A stretch of DNA of 64,000 bases from Nanobdellota archaeon (lineage in GTDB: Archaea; Nanobdellota; Nanobdellia; SCGC-AAA011-G17; PNOQ01): positions 5,757 through 69,756 of the forward strand of contig JAHJUI010000019.1 of assembly GCA_018829185.1 (NCBI GenBank), given 5' to 3'. Below, piece by piece: positions 44,400 to 54,728 of this stretch; within the stretch, counting starts at the first letter, position 1; each line of letters starts with the position of its first letter. A model generated the notes under the pieces. The model did not search any database. It was not told the origin of the DNA and saw only the letters and a list, made by a program, of their open reading frames with translations. Position numbers and translations under genes: made by a program.

Positions 44400-45008
44400 A
44401 TGGAAAAAAAGTTTTGGTTGGTGATATTAGCTTTTTTAGTTTGTATCTATTCAGTTTCAGCTTGGACGTTTTATTACGGATATGGATCCGGTAATTTTGA
44501 TATTTTTGGATTTTATCAGCGGTATTATCAATTAATTGATTTAGTTCTTTATTTCTTGTTCTTTAGTGCTATTGCTAATTTGACTATTGGACAAAAATTT
44601 AAGGGCACCGACATGAAATCTGCGAATATTTTAACTGGTGTATTTGGTTTGGTTATGTCTTTGGTTTTAGTATTTTTTGAAACAAATTATTATCGTGGGC
44701 CTTTAATTTTCCAACAAGCTAATGCGTTCTTAATTTTTATTTTGATTGTTTTAGTGTTATTTGCTATAATCGCTTTGACTGGTTTTATAAAAAATGTTTG
44801 GATCGCTGGGGTAATCGGTCTTGGACTTGGCCTTTTAGCTTGGAATAATTTGCAATGGGTTGTTAGTAATAATGGTTGGTATGCTGTAAGTTCTGGTAGT
44901 CTTTATTCTCTTAATTCTTTAAAGAACACTGTTTGGGTTTTTATTTTACTTGCGGTTGCGGTTGCGGGTTTTGCTTTGCAAGGTAGAGGCACAACTCACC
45001 ATCCTTAA
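44400..45008 (+). CDS. polytopic membrane protein, hypothetical
   Basis: Start moved to MEKKFWLV to remove the overlap with the Trm5-like gene. At least five TM helices. Confidence 0.4.
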   Translation: MEKKFWLVILAFLVCIYSVSAWTFYYGYGSGNFDIFGFYQRYYQLIDLVLYFLFFSAIANLTIGQKFKGTDMKSANILTGVFGLVMSLVLVFFETNYYRGPLIFQQANAFLIFILIVLVLFAIIALTGFIKNVWIAGVIGLGLGLLAWNNLQWVVSNNGWYAVSSGSLYSLNSLKNTVWVFILLAVAVAGFALQGRGTTHHP

Positions 45009-46009
45009 AAGTATTTATCTAAAGCGTTTTGACCTTTTTTCTTTCCTGTTAATTTTTCTAGAATTTTATCTATCCTTTCTTGTGAAAAGTCATGATCTAA
45101 GAGAATTTCATTTATTTTGTCTTCGTTTGGGCTTTCCCATTTTAACTGATAATTTTTCATAATTGGCATAGATTTGAAAATTGCGTAAATTTCTTTCCAG
45201 TTAAAATCTGGATTTAAATCTTTGAATAATTTGTCAAATGTTTTGTGTTGTTGAACTAATTTTAAAGCTGTTTTTGGTCCGATTCCTTTTATTCCTCCAA
45301 CATTATAATCTGTCCCTATTAAAATCCCTAGGGCTATTAATTGATCTTGATTTATATTTAATTTCTTTAATGCTTGTTTTAACTCAATCATTTCTGGCGT
45401 TATGTTAATGTATGATCCCCCAACCTTTCTTTTTTGAGAAACTGTTAAGTTAGTTATCATCCTTGGTGAATTGAATAATAAAGTATCAAAATCTGAGCTA
45501 GCTACTGCGTAAACGTCTTTTTTCTCGCAAATGAATGCTGCTTGAGCATCTGATTCAGAAGGTGCTTGGATTACTGGGAGACCAAGTGCTTTTAGAAATT
45601 CTTTTGATTCTTCCATAATTTCTCTGGATAATCTAGTAGACATCTTGGAATATTTTGCCATTGCCTCAGTATTATCTTCTTCTTTTGCTTGTTCTAGTTT
45701 AGTTTCTGCTACTCTTTTTCTATGTTCTCTTTCTTCTTGCTCTTTAATCTTTAATCTTGGTGGCTTTCCATCAAAAACAAAACATGGTTTTATCCCTTTT
45801 TCAATTAAATTAGGTATTCTTGTTGATAGGCCCATTAAATGTGATGTTATTCTTTGTTTAGAATCCATTAATGGAGTTCCATCCATTTGCCTTATTGATG
45901 AAACAAACTGGTAAAGCATGTTAGAAGCATCTACTGCAATTTTCTTTCCTTTTAAATCTTCAAAGGTAATTGCTTTTTTTGGAACTAATTCTGAAAGTTT
46001 AACTCCCAT
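45005..46009 (-). CDS. fen: flap endonuclease FEN-1
   Basis: MGVKLSEL start, XPG-N and XPG-I acidic clusters, the GIKGIGPKTA helix-hairpin-helix, and the C-terminal PIP-like QNALDKYF. Confidence 0.9.
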   Translation of the reverse strand: MGVKLSELVPKKAITFEDLKGKKIAVDASNMLYQFVSSIRQMDGTPLMDSKQRITSHLMGLSTRIPNLIEKGIKPCFVFDGKPPRLKIKEQEEREHRKRVAETKLEQAKEEDNTEAMAKYSKMSTRLSREIMEESKEFLKALGLPVIQAPSESDAQAAFICEKKDVYAVASSDFDTLLFNSPRMITNLTVSQKRKVGGSYINITPEMIELKQALKKLNINQDQLIALGILIGTDYNVGGIKGIGPKTALKLVQQHKTFDKLFKDLNPDFNWKEIYAIFKSMPIMKNYQLKWESPNEDKINEILLDHDFSQERIDKILEKLTGKKKGQNALDKYF

Positions 46010-46092
46010 GCTATTTTAGTAAAAATATTAACTTAAATAGTTTATCATAACAAACTTTATAACTGGGCTCCCTTTTAAAATAATGAAAAGAG

Positions 46093-46746
46093 ATGATAAA
46101 ACATACTTCTTTTGACCACAGCGGAGGATTTTATTTCTATCGTTTACATAATTGGAAGACTGATCAGTTAACAAATGGGTTTCCTAAACTGAAAAATTTT
46201 TTGCATAGTATGTTTGAGGATTGTCCGCATGATTATTTTCATTCTGGACCAAGAGGTTCTGCTTTGAAATTTAGTTTGCATGATGTTGATATGCATCAAA
46301 CTACCGGACATGAAGTTTCTCAACTGACAATTGATGGTTTAGAAGAGAATAGTGAAAGGTATAAGACTGCTCATTCAAAAGTCCAGGTGTTTATGTTGGA
46401 GCATGACGATAAAACTTTAGCTGTAGAAGTGCCAATTTGGTTAAAAGCTAATGAATTAAAGAATTATTCTAATATTTTTAATAGTAAAGAGCCTTTAACT
46501 GGCCATATTGATGTTTTAAGGATGGAAGGAGACAATATTTGGGTTTGGGATTATAAGCCAAATGCAAAAAAAGAGAAATATGCTTCTACACAAGTATTCT
46601 TTTATGCTTTAATGATGAGTAAAAGAACAGGTATTCCGTTAGATCATTTTAGATGTGGGTACTTTGATAGTGCTTATTCCTTTATTTTTAAGCCTGAAAT
46701 GGAGATGCTTAAAATGCCAGAATTGGGCAAATTCCTGGATAGATAA
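46093..46746 (+). CDS. hypothetical protein, possible PD-(D/E)xK fold
   Basis: GHIDVLRMEGDNIWVWDYKPN gives D...D-x-K. The ORF runs into the polB region. Confidence 0.3.
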   Translation: MIKHTSFDHSGGFYFYRLHNWKTDQLTNGFPKLKNFLHSMFEDCPHDYFHSGPRGSALKFSLHDVDMHQTTGHEVSQLTIDGLEENSERYKTAHSKVQVFMLEHDDKTLAVEVPIWLKANELKNYSNIFNSKEPLTGHIDVLRMEGDNIWVWDYKPNAKKEKYASTQVFFYALMMSKRTGIPLDHFRCGYFDSAYSFIFKPEMEMLKMPELGKFLDR

Positions 46747-46777
46747 GGTTTATAAAAGTTTTTTCGTATCTAATTTT

Positions 46778-49231
46778 ATGGTAAATATAAGTTTTTACAT
46801 AACTGATGTAAATTATGAGAATAGAGAAGATAAGGCCTTAGTTCAGCTATTTGGAAGAACTATTGATGGTAAAAAAATATGTGTCTTGACAGACTATGAT
46901 TATTCTTTTTATGTTATTCCTAAGAAAAATATTAAGAAAGTTATGGAGAAGGTTAAGAAAATAGTTGTTATGGGTAAAGAAAAAATCGATTTTGTCAAAA
47001 ATGTTGAAATTATTGATATGAAGTATTTAGGGGGTGATGTTCAAGCAATAAGAGTTTTTATTAGTAATCCAAATGCTGTTAGAGAAATTGCTGAGAGAAT
47101 AAAAGATTTGGATAATGTTGAACTAGTAAAAGAAACTGATTTGAATTTTTATAAAAAATATTTATTGGATAATCAAATTACGCCTTTAGTTTTGACAGAT
47201 ATTGAAGGGGAAGTTTTACTTGATAGGGATGATTTAGATGTAGATTTTGTTGTTAAAGCTAAAAAAATAAAACAAGTTAAAGAAGAATCTTTTGAAAATC
47301 CTAGCATAATTGCTTTTGATTTAGAAATATATTCTCCTGAAAAAAAATATCCTTCTGAGAAAGACCCCATTATTATGTTAAGTATGGTTTCAAATGATGG
47401 TTATCAGAAAGTTTTTACCTGGAAGAAGTTTAAACATAATAAAAAGTATATTGAATTTGTTGAAGATGAAGAAAGTTTAATACATAAATTTAAAGAGGTT
47501 TTAAAAGAGAAAAATCCTGATTATGTTACCGGTTATTTTTCAGATGGTTTTGATTTTCCCTTTTTACAATCTCGTGCAAAAAAATATGGTATTGATTTAA
47601 GATTTAATAATTCTCACTTAAGGATTAATAAAAGGGGGAACTCTGTTACTGCTAAATTAAAGGGAATTGTTCATTTAGATGTTTTCAAATTTATTGGGGG
47701 GATTATGGCTAACTCTTTGAATTTTGAAAATTATAAATTGAATACAGTTGCTAAGGAACTTCTTGGAAAGAAAAAATTAGATGTCAATCTGGATGAACTT
47801 GGAATTGTTTGGGATGACGGGAGCGATAAACTTTTAGAATTTTGTGAGTATAATTTAATTGATTCTCAATTGACTTTAGAATTATGTGAAAAAATATTAC
47901 CTAACTTAAATGAATTAGTTAAATTAACAAATTCCCCGATTTATGATATTTGTAGATCAAGTTATAGTGCTATTGTTGATATGTATTTGATGAGGATGGC
48001 AAAGGAATATAATGAAATTATTCCAAATAAACCCGATCAGGGAGATGCTTCTCTTAGGAGAACTCACACTTATCAAGGAGCATTTGTTTACGAACCAAAA
48101 CCCGGTTTGTATGGCAAATTAGCTGTTTTAGATTTTAGAAGTTTGTATCCTACTATTTTGGTTGTACATAATGTTTGTCCTACAACTTTAACTAATAAAA
48201 AAGGGGGTTATGAATCTCCTGAAATTGTTTTGGAATCTGGTGAAAAGAAAAAATATTATTTTACATCTAAGAAAGAAGGATTTATTCCAAGGGTTGTTAA
48301 GGAAATTATTACTAGAAGGATTAGGGTGAATGAGTTGTTGAAAAAAGATAAGAAAAATCCCATTTTGAAAGCTAGGAGTTATGCTTTAAAAACTGTTGCT
48401 AATGCTACTTCTGGTTATTTAGGTTTCTTTGGTGCTAGATGGTATTGTAGGGAATGTGCTGAGAGTATGACTGCTTGGGGTAGAGAATACATAACTGATG
48501 TTATTGAAAAAGCTGAGAAAAAAGGTTTTGAAGTTATTTATGGGGACACTGATTCTATATTTTTGGTTTTGGGGGACAAAAGTAAAAAAGATACTTTAGA
48601 TTTTTTGGATGAAATTAATAGAGAATTACCCAGTTTAATGGAATTAGAATTAGATGATTTTTATAAAAGAGGACTTTTTGTTTTTAGGAAAGGTGAAAAA
48701 ACTGGTGCTAAGAAAAAATATGCTTTGGTTTCTGAAGAAGGAGAAATAAAAGTTACTGGTTTTGAAACTGTTCGTGGCGATTGGAGTGTAATTGCTCGTG
48801 AAGTTCAGAAAAAGGTTCTTGAATATATTTTGAAAGATAATGATCCAAAGAAAGCTTATGAATATGTTAGAAAAGTTATTGAAAAAATTAAAAGGGGTAA
48901 AGAAGATATGGAAAAAATGATTATTAAAACTCAATTAAAAAGAAAGCTTGAGGGTTATGCAGTAGAGGGCCCACATGTAAAAGTTGCTAGAAAGATGAAG
49001 GCTAAAGGTGAATATGTTGGTCCTGGAATAACTGTCCAATATATTGTTACACCCGGAAAAGGAAATATTGGGAATCGGGCAGAAATTCCAGAAGATGCAA
49101 AAAGTTATGATGCCGATTATTATATAAATAATCAAATCTTACCAGTTGTAGAAAAGATATTTGATGTTTTAGGTCGTGGCAAAGAAGAATTGGTTGGTGG
49201 CAAGAAACAGATGAAGTTGGGTGAATATTAA
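46778..49231 (+). CDS. polB: family B DNA polymerase
   Basis: Start set at MVNISFYITDVNYE. Exo motifs FDLE and YNLIDS, Pol motif A DFRSLYPTI, motif B KTVANATSGYLG, and motif C YGDTDS. Confidence 0.9.
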   Translation: MVNISFYITDVNYENREDKALVQLFGRTIDGKKICVLTDYDYSFYVIPKKNIKKVMEKVKKIVVMGKEKIDFVKNVEIIDMKYLGGDVQAIRVFISNPNAVREIAERIKDLDNVELVKETDLNFYKKYLLDNQITPLVLTDIEGEVLLDRDDLDVDFVVKAKKIKQVKEESFENPSIIAFDLEIYSPEKKYPSEKDPIIMLSMVSNDGYQKVFTWKKFKHNKKYIEFVEDEESLIHKFKEVLKEKNPDYVTGYFSDGFDFPFLQSRAKKYGIDLRFNNSHLRINKRGNSVTAKLKGIVHLDVFKFIGGIMANSLNFENYKLNTVAKELLGKKKLDVNLDELGIVWDDGSDKLLEFCEYNLIDSQLTLELCEKILPNLNELVKLTNSPIYDICRSSYSAIVDMYLMRMAKEYNEIIPNKPDQGDASLRRTHTYQGAFVYEPKPGLYGKLAVLDFRSLYPTILVVHNVCPTTLTNKKGGYESPEIVLESGEKKKYYFTSKKEGFIPRVVKEIITRRIRVNELLKKDKKNPILKARSYALKTVANATSGYLGFFGARWYCRECAESMTAWGREYITDVIEKAEKKGFEVIYGDTDSIFLVLGDKSKKDTLDFLDEINRELPSLMELELDDFYKRGLFVFRKGEKTGAKKKYALVSEEGEIKVTGFETVRGDWSVIAREVQKKVLEYILKDNDPKKAYEYVRKVIEKIKRGKEDMEKMIIKTQLKRKLEGYAVEGPHVKVARKMKAKGEYVGPGITVQYIVTPGKGNIGNRAEIPEDAKSYDADYYINNQILPVVEKIFDVLGRGKEELVGGKKQMKLGEY

Positions 49232-50097
49232 TGGATGATTGGATAAAAGCTGGAGAAATTGCTGGAAAAGCAAGAGACTTTGGAGCTAAGTTAATTAAGA
49301 AAGGGGAGAAATTAATAGTTGTAACTGAAAAAGTTGAAGAAAAAATTTATGAACTTGGTGGAAAGTTGGCATTTCCTACTCAAATTTCTAGAAATGAAGT
49401 TGCTGCACATTATAATGCATTTGTGAATGATGAAACTGTATTTGATAATGATATTGTTAAAATTGATGTTGGAGTACAAATAAATGGTGCTATTGGAGAT
49501 ACTGCAACTACTATTGATTTAACAGGTGAGAGTGAAGCTTTGGTTAAAGCAAGTAGGGACGCTTTGAATAATGCTTTGAAAATTGTTAAACCTGGTGTTA
49601 AATTAAATGAAATTGGGAGAGTTATCCAAGAAACAATTTCTAATGCTGGTTTTGCCCCAATAAGAAATCTTTGTGGTCATGGGTTGGGGGAATATCAAAT
49701 CCATGATAGTCCAAGTGTTCCTAATTTTGATAATGGTGATGAAACAGAATTAGAAGAAGGACAAACAATTGCAATTGAACCTTTTGCAAGTACAGGCTCT
49801 GGAATTGTTGTTGAAGGGAAAGAAAGTGAAATCTATAAATTTTTAGAGAAAAAACCTACTAGGAATCCAATGGCCAGGAAAGTTATGGCTTTTATTGAAG
49901 AAGAATATAATGGGTTGCCATTTGCTAAAAGACATTTATTTAAAAAATTTGGAAATGTAAATTTAGCTTTAAAATTACTTGAAAGGGGGGGAATTTTACA
50001 TCAGTATAATCAATTAGTGGATAAAAGTAAAGGTTTAGTTAGTCAGGCTGAGCATTCTGTTATTGTTGGAAAGAAAATTACTACGAAAATAGAATAG
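49231..50097 (+). CDS. map: methionine aminopeptidase, type 2 (archaeal)
   Basis: Pita-bread fold motifs DIVKIDVG, GDTATTID, HGLGEYQIHD and IAIEPF. Confidence 0.85.
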   Translation: MDDWIKAGEIAGKARDFGAKLIKKGEKLIVVTEKVEEKIYELGGKLAFPTQISRNEVAAHYNAFVNDETVFDNDIVKIDVGVQINGAIGDTATTIDLTGESEALVKASRDALNNALKIVKPGVKLNEIGRVIQETISNAGFAPIRNLCGHGLGEYQIHDSPSVPNFDNGDETELEEGQTIAIEPFASTGSGIVVEGKESEIYKFLEKKPTRNPMARKVMAFIEEEYNGLPFAKRHLFKKFGNVNLALKLLERGGILHQYNQLVDKSKGLVSQAEHSVIVGKKITTKIE

Positions 50098-50130
50098 AAA
50101 AAAAGAAAAAAATTTTGGAGGTGTAAATTT

Positions 50131-52422
50131 TTAACCGAAATAACTTGCTTCTCTTATTGCTGCTCCTCTAGCTGTTCTAATATATTGAGATTCGATTTCT
50201 TTATATTTCTCAATATCTTTTTCGGTTATTGAAGGTGTTACTTTCTTTAATGCTTCTTCAAAGTGTTCCATAGTAACTTCTTTTGCATTTAGATCTTTTC
50301 TTAAGGCTAGCATTGCAGCTTCTCTGCAAACAGATTCTATATCTGCACCTACATGGTTTTGTGTTTTTTCTGCTAACTTTGTTAAATTTACCTCTTTTGC
50401 AAGGGGCATTCCTTTTGTATGTATTTTAAAAATTTCTAGGCGACCTTCTTTCTCTGGAACAGGTGTTAGTAGTAATCTATCAAATCTTCCTGGTCTTAAC
50501 AAAGCTGGATCAATCATGTCTGGTCTATTTGTTGCTGCCATTATTACAACATCATTTAGTTCCATTAAACCATCCATTTCACTAAGTAATTGATTTACCA
50601 TTCTTTCTGTTGCCTGATTTCCCATCCCTTGTCCTCTTTTACCAGCTATAGCATCTATTTCATCAAAGAAAACAATTGATGGTGATGCTTGTCTTGCTTT
50701 TTCAAAGATTTTTCTTAAACCTTTTTCAGATTCTCCTACCCACATGGATAAAAGTTCAGGTCCTTTTACTTGAATGAAATTAGCTTCTGATTCAGCTGCG
50801 ACAGCTTTTGCTAGGAGGGTTTTACCTGTTCCTGGAGGTCCATAAAGCAATATTCCTTTTGGAGGTCTAATCCCCATTCTTTCAAAACTATCAGGATGTT
50901 TTAATGGCCATTCAATTGCCTCATTTAATTCTTGTTTAATTCCTTTTAATCCACCAATATCTTCCCATTTGACATTTGGTTTTTCAACAAGAACTTCCCT
51001 CATTGCACTTGGACGTACTAGTTTTAGTGCGTCTTTGAAATCCCTTTGCGTAATCCTTAGCTTTTCTAAAACCTCTTGGGGTATTGGTTCTTTTTCTTTA
51101 AGTTTTAATTGGGGTAAAATTCTTCTTAATACACTCATTGCTGCTTCTTTTGCTAAAGCAGATAAGTCTGCACCCACAAACCCATGAGTAATTGCTGCTA
51201 GTTCTTCTAGATCTACATCTTTTGTTAAAGGCATATTTCTAGTATGGATTTTTAAAACTTGTAAACGTCCTTTTTTATCTGGAACTCCTATAACTATCTC
51301 TCTATCAAATCTTCCTGGTCTTCTTAATGCGGGATCAATTGCATTTGGCCTATTGGTTGCTCCAATAACAACTACTTGGCCTCTATCTTGTAGGCCATCC
51401 ATCATTGCTAGTAGTTGGGCTACAACTCTTCTTTCAACTTCTCCGCGAGTTTCTTCTCTTTTTGGGGCTATTGCATCTATTTCATCAATAAAAATGATTG
51501 ACGGTGATTTTTCAGATGCTTCTTCAAATATTTTTCTTATCTTTTTTTCCGATTCCCCATAAAATTTATCCATAATTTCTGGTCCATTAATCAAAATGAA
51601 ATTTGCTTCTGATTCTGCAGAAACTGCTTTTGCTAAAAGAGTTTTACCTGTTCCGGGGGGACCATGTAATAAAACTCCCCTTGGTGGTTCTACTCCTAGT
51701 CGTTGAAATACTTCTGGGTGTCTTAACGGTAGTTCTACCATCTCTCTCATTTTTTTAATTTCTTCATCTAATCCACCTATATCTTCATAAGTTACGTCTG
51801 GTACTGCTGAAGAATCTTCTGTTATTTCAACTGCCTTTTGACTTACTTGAATTTCTGTATTTTCTGAAATTATAACTGCTTCTTTAGGGCTTGCATCTGC
51901 TACAATAAACTTTAAAGTTCCCATTGATCCCATAAATCCGGAATCTGACATTAACATGTCGAAGATATCTTCGAAGGGAGAACCTTCCATTGTAGTTCTT
52001 CTTCTTTTTGTTCCACCTAATGAAATAATATCTCCTTTTACAACTACTCTTCCAAGTAATCCGTTTCTAAATACTGCTGGATTTGCTTGAATCATAATTC
52101 CTTGTTGTGCTGGAGCGATTAGAATTTTCTTTGCTTCTTTAACTTCGGCTTTTCTCACTTTTACTGATTCTCCGATTCCTGTTTTTGCATTTCTTCTTAG
52201 AATTCCATCCATCCTGATAACTGCTTCACCAACATCTGTTGGGTAAGCTCTATCTGCAATTCCTACTGTTTTTCTGTTTCCTTCTATTTCAATGATGTCT
52301 CCTGGCCTTATACCAATTTGTTTCATAGTTTGGAGATCTATCCTAACAATTCCTTTGTATGCTTCTTCTTGTAAAGCTTCCATGACTTTTAGTTGAGTCT
52401 CGTTTGGTGTTTTTTTTATCAT
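50131..52422 (-). CDS. cdc48: Cdc48/VCP-like AAA+ ATPase (two AAA domains)
   Basis: N domain followed by two GPPGTGKT Walker A boxes, two DEID Walker B boxes, and SRH regions. Confidence 0.9.
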   Translation of the reverse strand: MIKKTPNETQLKVMEALQEEAYKGIVRIDLQTMKQIGIRPGDIIEIEGNRKTVGIADRAYPTDVGEAVIRMDGILRRNAKTGIGESVKVRKAEVKEAKKILIAPAQQGIMIQANPAVFRNGLLGRVVVKGDIISLGGTKRRRTTMEGSPFEDIFDMLMSDSGFMGSMGTLKFIVADASPKEAVIISENTEIQVSQKAVEITEDSSAVPDVTYEDIGGLDEEIKKMREMVELPLRHPEVFQRLGVEPPRGVLLHGPPGTGKTLLAKAVSAESEANFILINGPEIMDKFYGESEKKIRKIFEEASEKSPSIIFIDEIDAIAPKREETRGEVERRVVAQLLAMMDGLQDRGQVVVIGATNRPNAIDPALRRPGRFDREIVIGVPDKKGRLQVLKIHTRNMPLTKDVDLEELAAITHGFVGADLSALAKEAAMSVLRRILPQLKLKEKEPIPQEVLEKLRITQRDFKDALKLVRPSAMREVLVEKPNVKWEDIGGLKGIKQELNEAIEWPLKHPDSFERMGIRPPKGILLYGPPGTGKTLLAKAVAAESEANFIQVKGPELLSMWVGESEKGLRKIFEKARQASPSIVFFDEIDAIAGKRGQGMGNQATERMVNQLLSEMDGLMELNDVVIMAATNRPDMIDPALLRPGRFDRLLLTPVPEKEGRLEIFKIHTKGMPLAKEVNLTKLAEKTQNHVGADIESVCREAAMLALRKDLNAKEVTMEHFEEALKKVTPSITEKDIEKYKEIESQYIRTARGAAIREASYFG

Positions 52423-52784
52423 TTTTCTTTCCCCCTATCTTTCTTAAAAAATAATGTTAGTTTTCCTGGTTCTTGTAATGACATATGAATCATCTTATCC
52501 ATTTCTTTTTCTATTTGTCTGAATTTTTCTTCAAATTCAATAATCTCTCTTGGTATTGTTACTGAAAATGAATTTCCAACCATTCTCAATTTTACTTGAA
52601 AATCTCTGTTTTTTAATGTTATAAAGTCTTGATATTCTTTTAGATCTAATGGGTGTAGCCATTTTTTTCCGCAACCAGGACATTCTAATGCCCTGACTTT
52701 GAAACCATCTTTTAATATTGTTACCTTTTCTGTTTTTTTTCCGCATTTGTTGCAGAGTATCTCGTTTTCAAACATATCTTCCAT
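52419..52784 (-). CDS. zinc-ribbon protein, hypothetical
   Basis: CNKCGKK...CPGCGKK (C4). Start moved to MEDMFENE. ATGA overlap with the cdc48 start. Confidence 0.4.
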   Translation of the reverse strand: MEDMFENEILCNKCGKKTEKVTILKDGFKVRALECPGCGKKWLHPLDLKEYQDFITLKNRDFQVKLRMVGNSFSVTIPREIIEFEEKFRQIEKEMDKMIHMSLQEPGKLTLFFKKDRGKEK

Positions 52785-52982
52785 TTTGTGTATACTTCTT
52801 GTGTATACAGGAAGTATATAAATATTTCGGTTCTGTGGGCTTTGCACTAAAATCAGTCCTTTTTAAGTGCGAGGTACTCTTTTGCACATTTATTAAATTC
52901 AATCTCAAGACCAAGCTCGAAGACGTTTTATCTTAAATTAATCTTTAGAAAACTATAATAACAAATTGATTTCTACAATTGT

Positions 52983-53636
52983 ATGAGAATAAGTTCTGGG
53001 AGTAAAGATATTGATAATTTTCTTAATGGGGGCTATCTTAATGGAGAAGTAAACATGATCTATGGTCCTGCTACTTCTGGAAAAACTACTTTTTGTTTAA
53101 TGACTGCTTTACATTTTGCAAAAGATAAAAAAGTTTTATATATTGATACTAAAAATTCTTTTTCTGTTGAACGAGTTAAACAAATTAACGACGATGAACG
53201 TTTATTAGATAATATTATAGTAAAAAGAGTAGATAGTTTTGATGAACAAGAAAAACTTATTGAAGAACTACCAAATATTGTAAAAAATAAAATAAAATTA
53301 GTAATCTTAGATGTTTTAGATATGCATTACAGATTTGTTTTAAGGGATGAAGAAGTTAAATTAGTTAATGCTAGAATGGCTCAACAATTAGTAAATTTAA
53401 CTAGGCTTGCAAGAAATAATAATATTTTAGTTTTAGTCACAAATGGTGTTTATGAAGATCTAAAAGAAAGGAAAGCTACCATGATTGGTGGAAAAATGGT
53501 TAGGAACTGGCCAAAACTTTTGATTCAGTTAAGACAAAATGAGCAAAAAGAAGCTGTTTTAGAGAAAGATGAAAACTTTGAAAGTGAAAGAATTATTAGT
53601 TTTAAGCTTGTAAACGAAGGAATTGAAGTTCTTTAG
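52983..53636 (+). CDS. radB: RadB/KaiC-like RecA-superfamily ATPase
   Basis: MIYGPATSGKTTFCL (Walker A), LVILDV (Walker B-like hydrophobic-D), at about 217 aa. Confidence 0.6.
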   Translation: MRISSGSKDIDNFLNGGYLNGEVNMIYGPATSGKTTFCLMTALHFAKDKKVLYIDTKNSFSVERVKQINDDERLLDNIIVKRVDSFDEQEKLIEELPNIVKNKIKLVILDVLDMHYRFVLRDEEVKLVNARMAQQLVNLTRLARNNNILVLVTNGVYEDLKERKATMIGGKMVRNWPKLLIQLRQNEQKEAVLEKDENFESERIISFKLVNEGIEVL

Positions 53637-53672
53637 AAAGCTTTTTAATAGTTTCTGCCTTCCCGCGTTTAT

Positions 53673-54728
53673 ATGGATAATAACCCAAAAAAATTACTTA
53701 AGGTATCAGAAGGGAAAAAGGTTGCTATATTCCCCCATAAAGATCCAGATGGTGATGCTCTAAGTGCTGGGTTTGGATTACAAAATGGGATTTATAGAAA
53801 AAATGGAATTGAATCTGTAATTGTTCATTTTGGAGTTATTTCTACTGCCGAAAATCAAAGACTTTATTCTGCATTAAGTAAAACTCATCCTAATCTTTTT
53901 GTTGCATATGATCCAAATACTTTTAATCCAGGAGATTATGGGTTTTTTATAGGCGTTGATACAGCTGGAAATCTACTCCCTGAGGGAATTAAATTGAATG
54001 GTGCCATAGACCACCATGGAGATGCTTATAAAGAAGGAGATTTTAAAGAATTTGAATATTGCGATGTAAGGAAACCAAGTGAAATTAAATCTGCTTCATC
54101 TATTGTTGCGCTTTATATGAAGAAACTTGGAATTGAATTGAGTGTAGATGATGAATTAGATATTTTAGTTGCTACTGCATTAAGTGTAGGTATTGAAATG
54201 GATACTGCACGTTTAATCAATCGGACTTCTTTAGATTTAGAGGCCTTAGGTTTTGTTGAACCCATGGTTGACCAATCTCAAAGAAAAAGGATATTGAAGG
54301 TTGAAAAACCTAAGCAAGTTGCATTGGCAGAGGCAGAAGGAGTTTTGAATAGTACCCAAGTAGGAAGTTATGTAATTAGTTCTGTTTTAAGAAGACCTAA
54401 AAATGACAGAGCTATTGTTTATACTGCTAATAGTTTATTGTTAATGGAGGGGGCTAGTTGTTCTCTTGGTCTCGGAATTTTAGAAGATGATGATCTTCTG
54501 GGAATTGCAGTAAGAACTGATGATGACCATAAATTAAAAGCAAGCGACATTGCTGCTTGGTGGGGTGGTCAGGGAAAAAATTACGAAGCCTGGGCCACAG
54601 TAGATTTACGTTTCTTTAAAGATCTAACTGGGAAGGGTTCTGATAAAAAATTGGAACAATTATGTATGGAGGCTGTAGTTGGTAGAGTTAAAAGAGAGAC
54701 GGGAGAACGAGAATCTAAAGATACTTAA
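53673..54728 (+). CDS. DHH-family phosphoesterase (NrnA / RecJ-like core)
   Basis: HKDPDGDALSAG (motif I), GVDTAG (III), AIDHHGD (DHH). Confidence 0.65.
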   Translation: MDNNPKKLLKVSEGKKVAIFPHKDPDGDALSAGFGLQNGIYRKNGIESVIVHFGVISTAENQRLYSALSKTHPNLFVAYDPNTFNPGDYGFFIGVDTAGNLLPEGIKLNGAIDHHGDAYKEGDFKEFEYCDVRKPSEIKSASSIVALYMKKLGIELSVDDELDILVATALSVGIEMDTARLINRTSLDLEALGFVEPMVDQSQRKRILKVEKPKQVALAEAEGVLNSTQVGSYVISSVLRRPKNDRAIVYTANSLLLMEGASCSLGLGILEDDDLLGIAVRTDDDHKLKASDIAAWWGGQGKNYEAWATVDLRFFKDLTGKGSDKKLEQLCMEAVVGRVKRETGERESKDT

